NCBI GenBank assembly: GCA_965261735.1
Contig: OZ253470.1
Location: 3,296,001 to 3,360,000 of the forward strand
Length of the DNA: 64,000 nucleotides
Origin: Alphaproteobacteria bacterium
GTDB lineage: Bacteria > Pseudomonadota > Alphaproteobacteria > SHVV01
Reading direction: 5' to 3'
In this document: positions 10,579 through 19,628 of the stretch, piece by piece
Layout of the letters: the number at the start of each line of letters is the position of its first letter
Position numbering within the stretch: the first letter of the stretch is position 1
Notes under the pieces: model-generated
The model's database searches: none
What the model was told of the DNA's origin: nothing
Seen by the model: only the letters and a program-made list of their open reading frames with translations
Translations under genes and position numbers: made by a program

Positions 10579-11626
10579 CTTGCCTATCCGGTTTACACCC
10601 ACACCCACTAGGGCTAGAATGGGCGCAACCCGGATATAGGGGAGCGCGCCATGGATGTTCTCGACCGCGCCGATCTCCCATTCCCGCATTCGCTACCCGA
10701 GTTCCAGCGACTTTTCCCCGATGATGCGGCCTGCGCCGCCTACCTGGAGAAAGCCCGCTGGGGAGACGGCTTTGCCTGCCCGCACTGCGGCACGACGGGA
10801 GAGCCGTTCCACTTTGAAAACCGCCCTGGCGTCCTGCGCCACACTCCGCTGAACGTCTGGTTCTGGGCCGCTTATCTGGTCGCCAGTCAGACGCCCGGCA
10901 TGTCCGCCGTGCAGTTTCAGCGGCAACTTGGTCTTTCGCGCTACGAGACGGCCTTTCAAATTCTCCACAAGCTCCGCTCGGGCATGGTGCGGCCCAACCA
11001 AGACAGGATCGGTGGACAGCCCAAGAACCATGTTGAGGTGGACGAAACCTGGGTTGGCGGGCGAACGCGTGGGGAAGGCCGTGGTGTTCACCACAAGGTT
11101 CCCGTCTCCTGTGCCATCGAGGTGCGTCATCGAAAGCCGGGCACCAAGCTCGACAACCGGAAAGACGGACGCTATGCCGGACGCGTTCGGCTCGCCGTCG
11201 TGCTCGACCGTAGCGCCGAGTCGCTCTGTGGGTTCGTCGAGAGCACCGTCGCGCCGCGATCGCTGATCGTTACTGACGATTGGAGCGGCTATGCTGGCCT
11301 CGGTAAGCGCGGCTATGAGCACTTCGCTGTTGCCGAGTGTGGTGATCCAGAGGTTGCCGAGCAATACCTGCCGATCATCCATCTGGTTTTCGCCAACCTG
11401 AAGACGTGGCTGATCGATATCCACCACGGCGTTAGCCACCAGCACCTACAAGCCTACCTCAACGAGTTCACCTTCCGCTTCAACAGGCGGTTCTACCCGT
11501 TCAACGCCTTCCGCTCATTGCTCGGCATCGCGGGCGACACCTCTGCTCCAACCTATGCCGAGCTTTACTCGGGAGAGTGGCGGCACCCTACATGTAGCGG
11601 TCATGGACGTTAACCGGATAGCCAAG
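10579..11626 (+). mobile_element. IS1595-family IS
   Basis: IRs CTTGCCTATCCGGTTTAC / CTTGGCTATCCGGTTAAC; 8-bp TSD GTCTGTTC (10571-10578, 11627-11634). Confidence 0.9.
10651..11613 (+). CDS. IS1595-family transposase (Zn-ribbon apparently shortened by an internal deletion)
   Basis: CPHC, VEVDETW, TDDWSGY, HLQAYLNEFTFRFNRR; second CxxC of the Zn ribbon is missing. Confidence 0.88.
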   Translation: MDVLDRADLPFPHSLPEFQRLFPDDAACAAYLEKARWGDGFACPHCGTTGEPFHFENRPGVLRHTPLNVWFWAAYLVASQTPGMSAVQFQRQLGLSRYETAFQILHKLRSGMVRPNQDRIGGQPKNHVEVDETWVGGRTRGEGRGVHHKVPVSCAIEVRHRKPGTKLDNRKDGRYAGRVRLAVVLDRSAESLCGFVESTVAPRSLIVTDDWSGYAGLGKRGYEHFAVAECGDPEVAEQYLPIIHLVFANLKTWLIDIHHGVSHQHLQAYLNEFTFRFNRRFYPFNAFRSLLGIAGDTSAPTYAELYSGEWRHPTCSGHGR

Positions 11627-11652
11627 GTCTGTTCGATACCTCCCTGTTGACT

Positions 11653-11681
11653 AAAGCCGCCCTCCGGGGCGGCTTTTTTTT
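11653..11681 (+). terminator. Rho-independent terminator
   Basis: AAAGCCGCCC-TCCG-GGGCGGCTTTTTTTT. Confidence 0.9.
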
Positions 11682-11756
11682 GCGTGGCCCCGGACATCGC
11701 CGCCGTCGGCCGCCGGCTCGCCCGGCGAGGGTCCGGGCGTGTATGCTTGGGGTGCG

Positions 11757-13052
11757 ATGGCCGATCCCAAGAACCTCAAGCTCGAGACCCTGAGCCTGCA
11801 CGCGGGCCAGCAGCCGGACCCGACCACGGGCGCGCGCGCGGTGCCCATCTACCAGACCACCTCCTACGTCTTCCGCGACACCGAGCACGCGGCCTCGCTG
11901 TTCAACCTGGAGCGCGCAGGCCACATCTACTCGCGCATCTCCAACCCGACGACGGCCGTCCTTGAGGAGCGTATCGCGGCGCTCGAGGGCGGCGTCGGTA
12001 CCGTGTGCACCGCGAGCGGCCAAGCCGCCGTGCACCTCGGCGTCGCCACCCTGATGGGTGCGGGTGGACACATCGTGTCCTCGGCTGCCGTTTACGGCGG
12101 GACGCACAACCTCTTTACCCATACGCTGCCACGCTTCGGCATCACCACGACTTTCGTCGATCCTCGTGATGTCGCCGCCTTTTCCGCCGCCATCCGCCCC
12201 GAGACGCGGCTCCTGTTCGCCGAGACGCTCGGCAACCCGGGCCTCGAGGTGCTCGACATCGCGGCGGTCGCGGACGCAGCCCACGCGGCGCGGGTGCCGC
12301 TGATGATCGACTCGACCTTCACCACCCCGTACCTGTGCCGCCCGTTTGAGTTCGGCGCCGATATCATCATGCACTCGGCGACCAAGTTTCTCGGCGGCCA
12401 CGGCGTCGCCATCGGCGGCGCGCTCGTCGATTCGGGCCGCTTCGACTGGGAGGCGTCGGGCAAGTTCCCGACGCTGACCGAGCCCTACGCCGGCTATCGC
12501 GGGCTCGATTTCGTCGAGGAGTATGGACCCTCGGCCTTCATCATGCGCGCCCGCGCCGAGGGCTTGCGCGATTTCGGGGCGTGCATGAGCCCGACGACCG
12601 CGTTCCACATCCTCCAGGGCGTGGAAACGCTGCCGCTCCGGATGGCGCGCCACGTCGAGAACACGCGCCACGTCATCGCCTTTCTCCGCGCCGCCGAGGG
12701 CGTCGCCTGGGTCAACTACCCCGAGCTCCCGGACCACCCCGACCACGAACTCGCAGGCCGCCTACTGCCGCTGGGCTGCGGCGCCATCTTCAGCTTCGGC
12801 ATCGCGGGTGGACGCGTCGCCGGCCGGCGCTTCATCGACGCGCTGCGGCTGTTCTCGCACCTCGCCAACGTCGGCGATGCCAAGTCGCTCGTCATTCATC
12901 CGGCCAGCACCACGCACCAACAGATGGACGCGGCCGCGCTCGAAGCCGCCGGTGTTGGCGAGGATCTGATCCGCCTGTCGATCGGCCTCGAGGACGCCGA
13001 CGACCTGACCGACGACCTCGGCCAAGCGTTGCGGGCCTCGCAGCGGGGATGA
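11757..13052 (+). CDS. metY: O-acetylhomoserine aminocarboxypropyltransferase (MetY-like)
   Basis: [27 protein letters not shown] (PLP lysine), [19 protein letters not shown]. Confidence 0.88.
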   Translation: MADPKNLKLETLSLHAGQQPDPTTGARAVPIYQTTSYVFRDTEHAASLFNLERAGHIYSRISNPTTAVLEERIAALEGGVGTVCTASGQAAVHLGVATLMGAGGHIVSSAAVYGGTHNLFTHTLPRFGITTTFVDPRDVAAFSAAIRPETRLLFAETLGNPGLEVLDIAAVADAAHAARVPLMIDSTFTTPYLCRPFEFGADIIMHSATKFLGGHGVAIGGALVDSGRFDWEASGKFPTLTEPYAGYRGLDFVEEYGPSAFIMRARAEGLRDFGACMSPTTAFHILQGVETLPLRMARHVENTRHVIAFLRAAEGVAWVNYPELPDHPDHELAGRLLPLGCGAIFSFGIAGGRVAGRRFIDALRLFSHLANVGDAKSLVIHPASTTHQQMDAAALEAAGVGEDLIRLSIGLEDADDLTDDLGQALRASQRG

Positions 13053-13053
13053 G

Positions 13054-13842
13054 GTGGAGCTGAGCGTCGCCGGCAAGCACGTCTACGCGGCGACCGGTGG
13101 GCGGGCGCCGGCGCCTGACGCGCCGACCATCCTCTTCGTTCACGGGGCGGGGATGGACCACAGCGTGTGGGCGCTGCAGGCACGCTACTTCGCCCATCAC
13201 GGGCGCAACGCGCTCGCATTCGACCTGCCGGGACATGGACGCTCCGAGGGTCCGCCGCTCGCCTCGGTGAGTGAGGTCGCCGCGTGGCTCGCGCAGGCCA
13301 TGGCGGCGGCCGGGTTCGACAAGGCGGCCGTCGTCGGCCACAGCTTCGGCGCGCTCGCCGCCCTCGAGCTGGCCGCGCGCGAGCCCGCGCGCGTCTCGGC
13401 GCTGGCGCTGCTCGCGGCCGCCGCCCCGATGTCGGTCCATCCCGATCTGCTCGCCGCCGCCGCAGCCGACCGCCCGCTCGCCTGCGAGTTGATGGCCGAT
13501 TGGGGGCACAGCCGGCGCGCCCATATCGGTGGCGCCCTGCCGCCCGGCACCTGGCTGAAGGGCGCGAGCCAGCGCCTCCTCGAGCGCAGCGCGGCCGGCG
13601 TCCTGTACGCCGACCTCCTCGCCTGCAACGCCTATGAGGGCGCCATGGCGGCGGCCGCGGCCATACGTTGTCCGGCGCTGGTGCTGCTCGGCGAGGGCGA
13701 CCGGATGACGCCGCCGGAAGCCGCCGGCGCGCTCACGCGGGCGATTCCGGGCGCCGAGACCGTCGTGCTGGCGGCGTGCGGCCACCTGATGATGAGCGAA
13801 CAGCCGGCGCGCGTCCTCGACCGGCTCGCCGACTTTATCTGA
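13054..13842 (+). CDS. Alpha/beta hydrolase
   Basis: FVHGAG, DLPGHGRS, GHSFG nucleophile elbow, CGHLMMSE. Confidence 0.9.
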   Translation: MELSVAGKHVYAATGGRAPAPDAPTILFVHGAGMDHSVWALQARYFAHHGRNALAFDLPGHGRSEGPPLASVSEVAAWLAQAMAAAGFDKAAVVGHSFGALAALELAAREPARVSALALLAAAAPMSVHPDLLAAAAADRPLACELMADWGHSRRAHIGGALPPGTWLKGASQRLLERSAAGVLYADLLACNAYEGAMAAAAAIRCPALVLLGEGDRMTPPEAAGALTRAIPGAETVVLAACGHLMMSEQPARVLDRLADFI

Positions 13843-13854
13843 TGACCAACGAGC

Positions 13855-13883
13855 GAGGCCCCGCCGTGCCAGGCGGGGGCCTC
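13855..13883. terminator. Hairpin between convergent genes
   Basis: GAGGCCCCGCC...GGCGGGGGCCTC. Confidence 0.5.
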
Positions 13884-13901
13884 ATCGATAGGCTTGGTCG
13901 A

Positions 13902-14396
13902 CTAGGACCGCTTGATAGCGATCTTCTTGACGCGCTTTTGCGCCGCGACCGCCTTGGGCACGCCGACCGTGAGCACGCCGTTGCGAAAGGCGGCCGAGAC
14001 CTTGCCCGCGTTGACCTCGTCGGGCAGCTTGAACGTCCGGCGGAAGGCACCGTAGGCGCGCTCGCTCAGATGACGGTCCGCGCCCCCGTCGCCCACCTTC
14101 TTCTCGCCGCTGATCGTCAGGCGATCGCCGACGACGTTAACCTCGACGTCCTTGTCGTCCATGCCCGGCAGCTCGACGGTGATCTCGTACGCCTTGTCGG
14201 TCTCGCTCACGTCGACCTTCGGGGCGAGGTCACCGAACTCGCCGACCCCGAATGGCTCGGCATCGAGGATCCGCCAAGGGTGCGCGAACAGCGTCGCGAA
14301 CGGATCGCGAGTGGCGAACATCGGGTGAAAGATCTTGGAGCTCGTGGGGGCGACCCGGCGCGCGTGCCGGGGGACCAGGGATGTTCCGAATACCAT
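13902..14396 (-). CDS. Hsp20/alpha-crystallin small heat-shock protein
   Basis: PKVDVSET, ELPGM, ERAYGAFRRTFKLP, FRNGVLTVGVPK; SD AGGAG before ATG 14396. Confidence 0.9.
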   Translation of the reverse strand: MVFGTSLVPRHARRVAPTSSKIFHPMFATRDPFATLFAHPWRILDAEPFGVGEFGDLAPKVDVSETDKAYEITVELPGMDDKDVEVNVVGDRLTISGEKKVGDGGADRHLSERAYGAFRRTFKLPDEVNAGKVSAAFRNGVLTVGVPKAVAAQKRVKKIAIKRS

Positions 14397-14506
14397 GACG
14401 CTTCTCCTTTTGGTTCGATGCGGTGCCGGCGCTGGGCGCGCGTTGGGCCATGCGCTGCGCGCGGCGGCGCTGGGCGGGGCGGTGTGGCGGCGCCGAGGCG
14501 CCAGCC

Positions 14507-14971
14507 TCATGCGGCGTTTGCGGTGGGCTTGCTGCGGGACGGGGCCTCGCCCGCGTGGATCGAAACCCGTCTCGGCTTCAGGGCCTCCGGCACCTCGCGC
14601 GCGAGGTCGATGTGCAAGAATCCGTACTCGAGGCTCGCGCCGCTCACCTTGACGTTGTCGGCGAGCTCGAAGCGACGCTCGAAGGCGCGCCCGGCGATGC
14701 CGCGGTGCAGGAAGACCCTACCGTTCTCGCTCGTCTGCGCCTTGCCGGAGACGACGAGCAGGTTCTCCTGCTGGGTCACGTCCAGGTCTTCGGGCGGAAA
14801 GCCCGCGACCGCCATCGTGATGCGGTAATCGTTGTCGCCCGAGCGCTCGATGTTGTACGGCGGGTAGGCGACCTCGTCGTCGCTGACCCGGCTCGCGGCA
14901 TCGAACAGCCGGTTGAAGCGGTCGAAGCCGACCGTGGAGCGCAAAAGTGGGGTGAGATCGTAGGTTCGCAT
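14507..14971 (-). CDS. ibpA: Small heat-shock protein, IbpA type
   Basis: MRTYDLTPLLRSTVGFDR, YPPYNIE, LHRGIAGRAFERRFELAD. Confidence 0.92.
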   Translation of the reverse strand: MRTYDLTPLLRSTVGFDRFNRLFDAASRVSDDEVAYPPYNIERSGDNDYRITMAVAGFPPEDLDVTQQENLLVVSGKAQTSENGRVFLHRGIAGRAFERRFELADNVKVSGASLEYGFLHIDLAREVPEALKPRRVSIHAGEAPSRSKPTANAA

Positions 14972-15075
14972 GTGCAGATCCTCCGTGAAGCAATCTGGCT
15001 CTATCGCGGCCCGCCGCAAAGGGCCGGGCTGCTCGGTTCGTGAACCGGGACCCTCGACAGGCGTCCCGCTCACAA
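14972..15075 (-). promoter_or_regulatory. ROSE-type RNA thermometer in the ibpA leader
   Basis: Minus strand GC hairpin then CAGATTGCTTCACGGAGGATCTG: UUGCU opposite the SD GGAGGA. Confidence 0.7.
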
Positions 15076-15076
15076 C

Positions 15077-15108
15077 TGAGATGTAGTCATTCTGGTTGCG
15101 GCTGCAAG
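15077..15108 (-). promoter_or_regulatory. Putative RpoH promoter
   Basis: CTTGCA...CTACATCT on the minus strand upstream of the Hsp20 pair. Confidence 0.5.
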
Positions 15109-15228
15109 AGGTCGCACGAACGTAAAGAGAGGCACGACGCGGGCGCCGTACCGTCCTCGCGCGACATGTTAATCTTCTTCGCCGACAATCGCCCGCGCAC
15201 GCCGACGCCGAGAAGGAGATGCGGCGCA

Positions 15229-15660
15229 TGGCCGATGACGGCCGGGACGAATCCGCGGGCGTGGCCGAAACGGTCTTCTTCGCGAAAACGTTCGACGACA
15301 CGCTCGCCCTTGTCACGGACGCCCGCGACTACTTGGCGACGCAGGCCGCGGCGGAGATGCGCCCCCTCCCCGGCACCACGGCGCTCGCCTATACCCACGA
15401 AGCGCTGCGACTCACCTGCCGGCTGAGCCACGCGATGGCCTGGCTGCTGGTTCAGCGCGCGGTGCTTGCCGGCGAAATCACGCGGGCGGACGCGGGGCGA
15501 GAGGAATTTCGCCCGGCCGACCTCACGAGCGTGCTGTGCGAGCCGCCGCTGCTCGCGGCCGGCATGCCGCCAGCGCTGAGCGCGCTGCTCGAACGGGGGC
15601 CGCGCCTTGTCGCTCCGCATCGCCCGGCTCGACGAGCTAGCGATGCGCGACCAAGCGTGA
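15229..15660 (+). pseudogene. rcdA: DUF1465 / RcdA regulator of CtrA degradation, 1-bp frameshift in a G-run near the 3' end (possible sequencing error)
   Basis: TFDDTLALVTDARDYL, EALRLTCRLSHAMAWLLVQRAV; shifted frame continues RALSLRIARLDE...*. Confidence 0.75.
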
Positions 15661-15776
15661 GTCGCGGCCGCCCGCCTCCCCGAACCATTTCCACGCCTGC
15701 GCTCAGCCGGAGGTTGCGAACGGGGATGCATCGTGGATGAAGGCCGTCGTAGGATGGCTTTGTGAAGCATGGGGTG

Positions 15777-16556
15777 ATGCAATCGGCAAAGTTACTCGCC
15801 GCCGCAATGACAGCGGCGCTGGCGGCCTCGCACGCGGCGGCCGAGGAACCGAATTACCCAGTTTGGTGATCGCCGGTGCTCGAGCTTGAAAGCATCGACG
15901 ATATCGATGCCCGTCTGTCGAAGCGCTTTGTGGACAGCGGCAAAGGCGCGCCCGTTCACAAGGGCAAAGGGGCCGACCGTAAGACCGAATACGTGGACAG
16001 TTGCGCCTCTCTCGCCCGGTGGTCAGAGCACGGCTACAGCGCCCTCGCGAATGTGTACCTGAAGTTTTTGCACTATCAAGAGGCCACTTGCCGCATCATT
16101 GAACTGCTGCGGAGCGCGAAGCCCGCGCGCACGAGCTTTGTGCGGGAGTTCGCGCTCGACGGCGACGCCCTCGACTACCTGCCGGACATGGTCAATCTCT
16201 CACCCTCGTGCGAGGGGGCAGGCTGGCAATTCCAGGCCAACGAAAAGAGCATCCCGCTTACGCAACACTCTGAGATCAGCGAGCTGCAAGTGGTGGGCTC
16301 TAACCGGATCGAGTTCGACACGGATGGAGACTTCACGAGTGTAGAAGCGATGGCGCGGGCCGATTTCAATGGCGACGGGCTTGATGATCTGGTGGTGCGA
16401 GTATCGGTGGAGCTTGCGCACGGAACATGGGGGGCGACCACCGATTTAGTGCTGTCGCGCGCCTCGCCTCGCGCCGTCCTCAGAGTCCTCGATGCCGCCA
16501 AGGAACTCTGCCCCGGTTACGACTATCCCTTCGACCACCCCGACCCTGGCGGATAG
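15777..16556 (+). pseudogene. Secreted hypothetical protein, paralog 1 (in-frame TGA at 15867)
   Basis: Signal-peptide-like MQSAKLLAAAMTAALAASHAAA; YPVW*SPVLEL vs YPVWWS in the paralogs; DFNGDGLDDLV loop. Confidence 0.8.
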
Positions 16557-16561
16557 GCCCG

Positions 16562-16660
16562 CTAGACGTACCACTGTTTGAGGGCGTCTCGCTTGCCGGT
16601 GGGGTGGACGAAATGGGGCTCCCTTCTTGGCCGCCTCCTCGAATCACTTCCGCACTTGAG
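16562..16660 (-). repeat. Orphan copy of the lysozyme 3' end (degenerate)
   Basis: Near-identical to 19629-19725; encodes ...EPHFVHPTGKRDALKQWYV*; 1-bp insertion and TGG>TGA upstream. Confidence 0.88.
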
Positions 16661-16735
16661 CTCAGCCAGTGGTTGCGAGTGAGGATGTATCGTGGATGAG
16701 GACTGCCGTAGGATGTCTTCATGAGGCGTGGGGCG

Positions 16736-17482
16736 ATGCAATCGGCAAAGCCAGCTATGGCCGCGGTGATCGCGGCGCTGGCGGGCTTGCCCGCGTCGCG
16801 GCCGGTGGCCGCAAACGAACTTTACCCCGTGTGGTGGTCGCCGGTGCTGGAGCTTGAAAGCCTCCACGACATCGACGAGAGGCTTGCGCGGAAGTTCAAG
16901 TACCCCTTCACCGCCTACAAGGGCAGGGGCGCGGAGCGCAAGAGCGCCCACGTCGACAACTGCAACTCCCTCAAGCACTGGTGGGCCCAAGGCTATGCCG
17001 ACGCGGTGAGCTCGGACCGGTTGATTTCGCTCTATGATTTGGTTGGCTGCCGCATCATCGAACTGCTGCGCCGGGCGAAGCCCGCGCGCACGAGCTTTGT
17101 CCGAACGTTCATGCTCGACACCGAAGCGGTCAACTACCTTCCGGCGATGGTCGATTTGGAGCCGTTTACCAGTCGAGTAAAATGGCAATGCGAGGCTAAT
17201 GAAAAGGGCATCCCGCTGGCCCGCGCCTCCAACGTGAGCAAACTAAAGGTCATCGGCCCAAATGAGATGAAGTTCGAGTCGCCAGGAATGAGCGTCGGTG
17301 TTGAGCTGATGGCGCGCGGCGACTTCAATGGCGACGGGCTCGATGACCTGGTAGTGCGGGTGAGGGGGCGCGCGACGGGGGGAACTTGGGGGGCGACGCG
17401 GCACTTCCTATTGTCGCGCGCGACTTCGCAAGCCGTATTGCGAATCCTGAATACCGCCGAGATAAGGGCTTGCCGAACCTAG
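16736..17482 (+). CDS. Secreted hypothetical protein, paralog 2
   Basis: Signal-peptide-like N-terminus; YPVWWSPVLELES, CRIIELLR, MARGDFNGDGLDDLVVRV, GTWGAT. Confidence 0.85.
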   Translation: MQSAKPAMAAVIAALAGLPASRPVAANELYPVWWSPVLELESLHDIDERLARKFKYPFTAYKGRGAERKSAHVDNCNSLKHWWAQGYADAVSSDRLISLYDLVGCRIIELLRRAKPARTSFVRTFMLDTEAVNYLPAMVDLEPFTSRVKWQCEANEKGIPLARASNVSKLKVIGPNEMKFESPGMSVGVELMARGDFNGDGLDDLVVRVRGRATGGTWGATRHFLLSRATSQAVLRILNTAEIRACRT

Positions 17483-18561
17483 TGGATTGATTCCAACGTT
17501 TGGAACCCTCTGTTTCGTGCGGCGATGATATGATCGGGGTCGGCTTTCCAGATGAAGGGTTTTGGGTTTGCGTCATTGTATTCGCGGACAAATCGGTTGA
17601 TGGCGTCCTGAAGGTCGACGACGGATTGGAAGACGCCGTATTTGAGCCTGCGCCGCGTTAGTTTGGCGAAGAAGCCCTCGACGGCATTGAGCCACGAGCA
17701 CGAGGTTGGCGTGAAGTGGAAGGTCCAGCGTGGATGGCGGGCGAGCCAGGCGCGGACCTTGTCCTTCTTGTGCGCGGCGTAGTTGTCGAGGATGACGTGG
17801 ACGGCCTTGTCCGTCGGCACCTCGCGCTCGATGCGGTTGAGGAAGCGGATGAACTCCTGATGGCGGTGGCGCTGCATGTTCTGTGCGATGACCGTACCGT
17901 CCAGCACGTTGAGCGCGGCGAACAGCGTCGTCGTGCCATGCCGTTTGTAATCATAGGTCATCGTACCGGCGCGGCCCTTCTTCATCGGCAAGCCGGGTTG
18001 GGTGCGGTCGAGCGCCTGGATCTGTGATTTCTCATCAACCGACAGCACCACGGCATGGGCCGGCGGATCGACATACAAGCCGACGATATCTGTGAGCTTC
18101 TCGGCGAAGGCGGGATCATTGGAGAGCTTGAAGTGCCGCCAGCGGTGCGGGCTGAGGCCATGGGCCTTCCAGATCGCTTGGACCGTCGACGCCGCGACGC
18201 CAGCAACCTTCGCCATCGCGCGCAGCGTCCAGTGGGTCGCCTCGTGCGGCGGCGCTTGCTGGGTCAGGCGGACGATCTCGGCGACGCGCTCCGGCGGGAT
18301 CGGCGCTTTGCCAGGCGGACGGGACCTGTCGCGAAGCAAGCCGTTGACACCCTCGTGCATGAACCGCTCCTGCCAGCGCCAGACACAGGTCTTGGACTTG
18401 CCGGTCTCGGCCATGATCGACGAGTTCCCGAGCCCCTCGTCGCTCTTCAGGATGATCCGCGCCCGCCAGACATGTTTCTGCGAGCTCTTCGGGTCCGCGA
18501 CGATAGCTTGCAATCGCTGACGGTCGCCAGACGTGACAGTAAAATGGATGCCGGTGCGCAT
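17479..18561 (-). CDS. IS630-family transposase (appears intact)
   Basis: VDEKSQIQAL, YKRHGTTTLFAAL, ILDNYAAHK, SWLNAVEGFF. Confidence 0.95.
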   Translation of the reverse strand: MRTGIHFTVTSGDRQRLQAIVADPKSSQKHVWRARIILKSDEGLGNSSIMAETGKSKTCVWRWQERFMHEGVNGLLRDRSRPPGKAPIPPERVAEIVRLTQQAPPHEATHWTLRAMAKVAGVAASTVQAIWKAHGLSPHRWRHFKLSNDPAFAEKLTDIVGLYVDPPAHAVVLSVDEKSQIQALDRTQPGLPMKKGRAGTMTYDYKRHGTTTLFAALNVLDGTVIAQNMQRHRHQEFIRFLNRIEREVPTDKAVHVILDNYAAHKKDKVRAWLARHPRWTFHFTPTSCSWLNAVEGFFAKLTRRRLKYGVFQSVVDLQDAINRFVREYNDANPKPFIWKADPDHIIAARNRGFQTLESIH

Positions 18562-18630
18562 AGCACAGACTCGCATGACACCGCACAATACGGAATCTCA
18601 AATCGGACTCTTTCGTTCCGATCAATCCAC
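17482..18630 (-). mobile_element. IS630-family IS
   Basis: IRs GTGGATTGAT / ATCAATCCAC flanked by duplicated TA (17480-17481, 18631-18632). Confidence 0.92.
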
Positions 18631-18673
18631 TAGGACTGCCCCGCCGGCCAGGCCGCCATACGGGGCTCTTGAA

Positions 18674-18772
18674 CTAGACATACCACTGCTTGAGGGCGTC
18701 TCTTTTGCCGCTGGGGTGAACGAAATGGGGCTCCCTCTTAGCCGCCTCCTCGAACCAGTGGCGTACCTGGTC
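18674..18772 (-). repeat. Orphan copy of the lysozyme 3' end (open frame)
   Basis: Encodes DQVRHWFEEAAKREPHFVHPSGKRDALKQWYV*; no start codon. Confidence 0.88.
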
Positions 18773-18845
18773 TCAGCCAGGGGTTGCGGACACCGGCAGG
18801 CGGGAGATAATTAGCCTCGAGGATCACCGGTAGAGGACTCCGGTA

Positions 18846-19622
18846 ATGCGAGCAGCAACGGCCGGGGCGGCAGCGTTAGCCGCGATGCTCGTGGCAGCGC
18901 CGGCGCTGGCGACCGAGCGCTACCCCGTGTGGTGGTCGCAGGCGCTGGAGCTTCAAAGCCTTGACGACATCGATACCCGTCTGTCGAGGCCCTTTGTGAC
19001 CAGGGGTAAGGGCGCCCCCGTCTACAAGGGTAAGGGGGCGGACCGCAAAACCGAGTATGTAAACAGTTGCGCCTCTCTCTTCCGGTGGTCAGAGCAAGGC
19101 TACAGCGCCTTCGCGAACGTTTATCTGAAGGCCTTGAATTATCAGAAGGCCACATGCCGCATCATCGAGTTGCTGCGCGACGCCAAGCCGGCGCGCATGA
19201 GCCATGTGCGCACGTTCACGCTCGACGCCGAAGCGATCAACTACCTGCCGGCGATGGTCGATCTGCATCCGCTGTGTGGCGCGGTGGGCCCGCAATATTT
19301 GGCTAACGACAAAGGCATCCCGTTGGCTCAGTTTTCAAAGGTCGGCAAGGTCGAGGTTATCGGACCCCACGAGATGCGGCTCGACTCGGTCGGATCGCGC
19401 GTCCGAGTCGCGACGATGGCACGCGGCGACTTCAACGGCGACGGGCTCGATGATCTGGTCGTTCGGGTTTCTGCCCACGTGACGGACGGCACTTGGGGGG
19501 CGACCACTTATCTAACGTTGTCACGTGCCTCGCCCGGCGTCGTCCTCCGGGTTCTCGATGCTGCCAAGGAATTGTGCCGGGATTACGACTACCCCTTCGA
19601 CCACCCAGAACCTGGCGGATAG
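18846..19622 (+). CDS. Secreted hypothetical protein, paralog 3 (candidate cognate lysozyme inhibitor)
   Basis: Signal peptide MRAATAGAAALAAMLVAAPALA; same family motifs; convergent with the lysozyme, 6 bp apart. Confidence 0.85.
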   Translation: MRAATAGAAALAAMLVAAPALATERYPVWWSQALELQSLDDIDTRLSRPFVTRGKGAPVYKGKGADRKTEYVNSCASLFRWSEQGYSAFANVYLKALNYQKATCRIIELLRDAKPARMSHVRTFTLDAEAINYLPAMVDLHPLCGAVGPQYLANDKGIPLAQFSKVGKVEVIGPHEMRLDSVGSRVRVATMARGDFNGDGLDDLVVRVSAHVTDGTWGATTYLTLSRASPGVVLRVLDAAKELCRDYDYPFDHPEPGG

Positions 19623-19628
19623 GTCGGG

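Larger units (their letters stand above)
10545..11681 (+). ncRNA. Putative small regulatory RNA split by IS1595 (5' part ~10545-10578, 3' part 11635-11681)
   Basis: Rejoined sequence TCCTCCAGTCTGTTCGATACCTCCCTGTTGACT plus intrinsic terminator; C-rich anti-SD motifs; no ORF. Confidence 0.4.

Noticed and set aside
15867-15869. TGA in paralog 1 as recoded Trp or selenocysteine
   Set aside because: Many genes here end in TGA and Trp is TGG elsewhere; a G>A nonsense change or sequencing error is simpler
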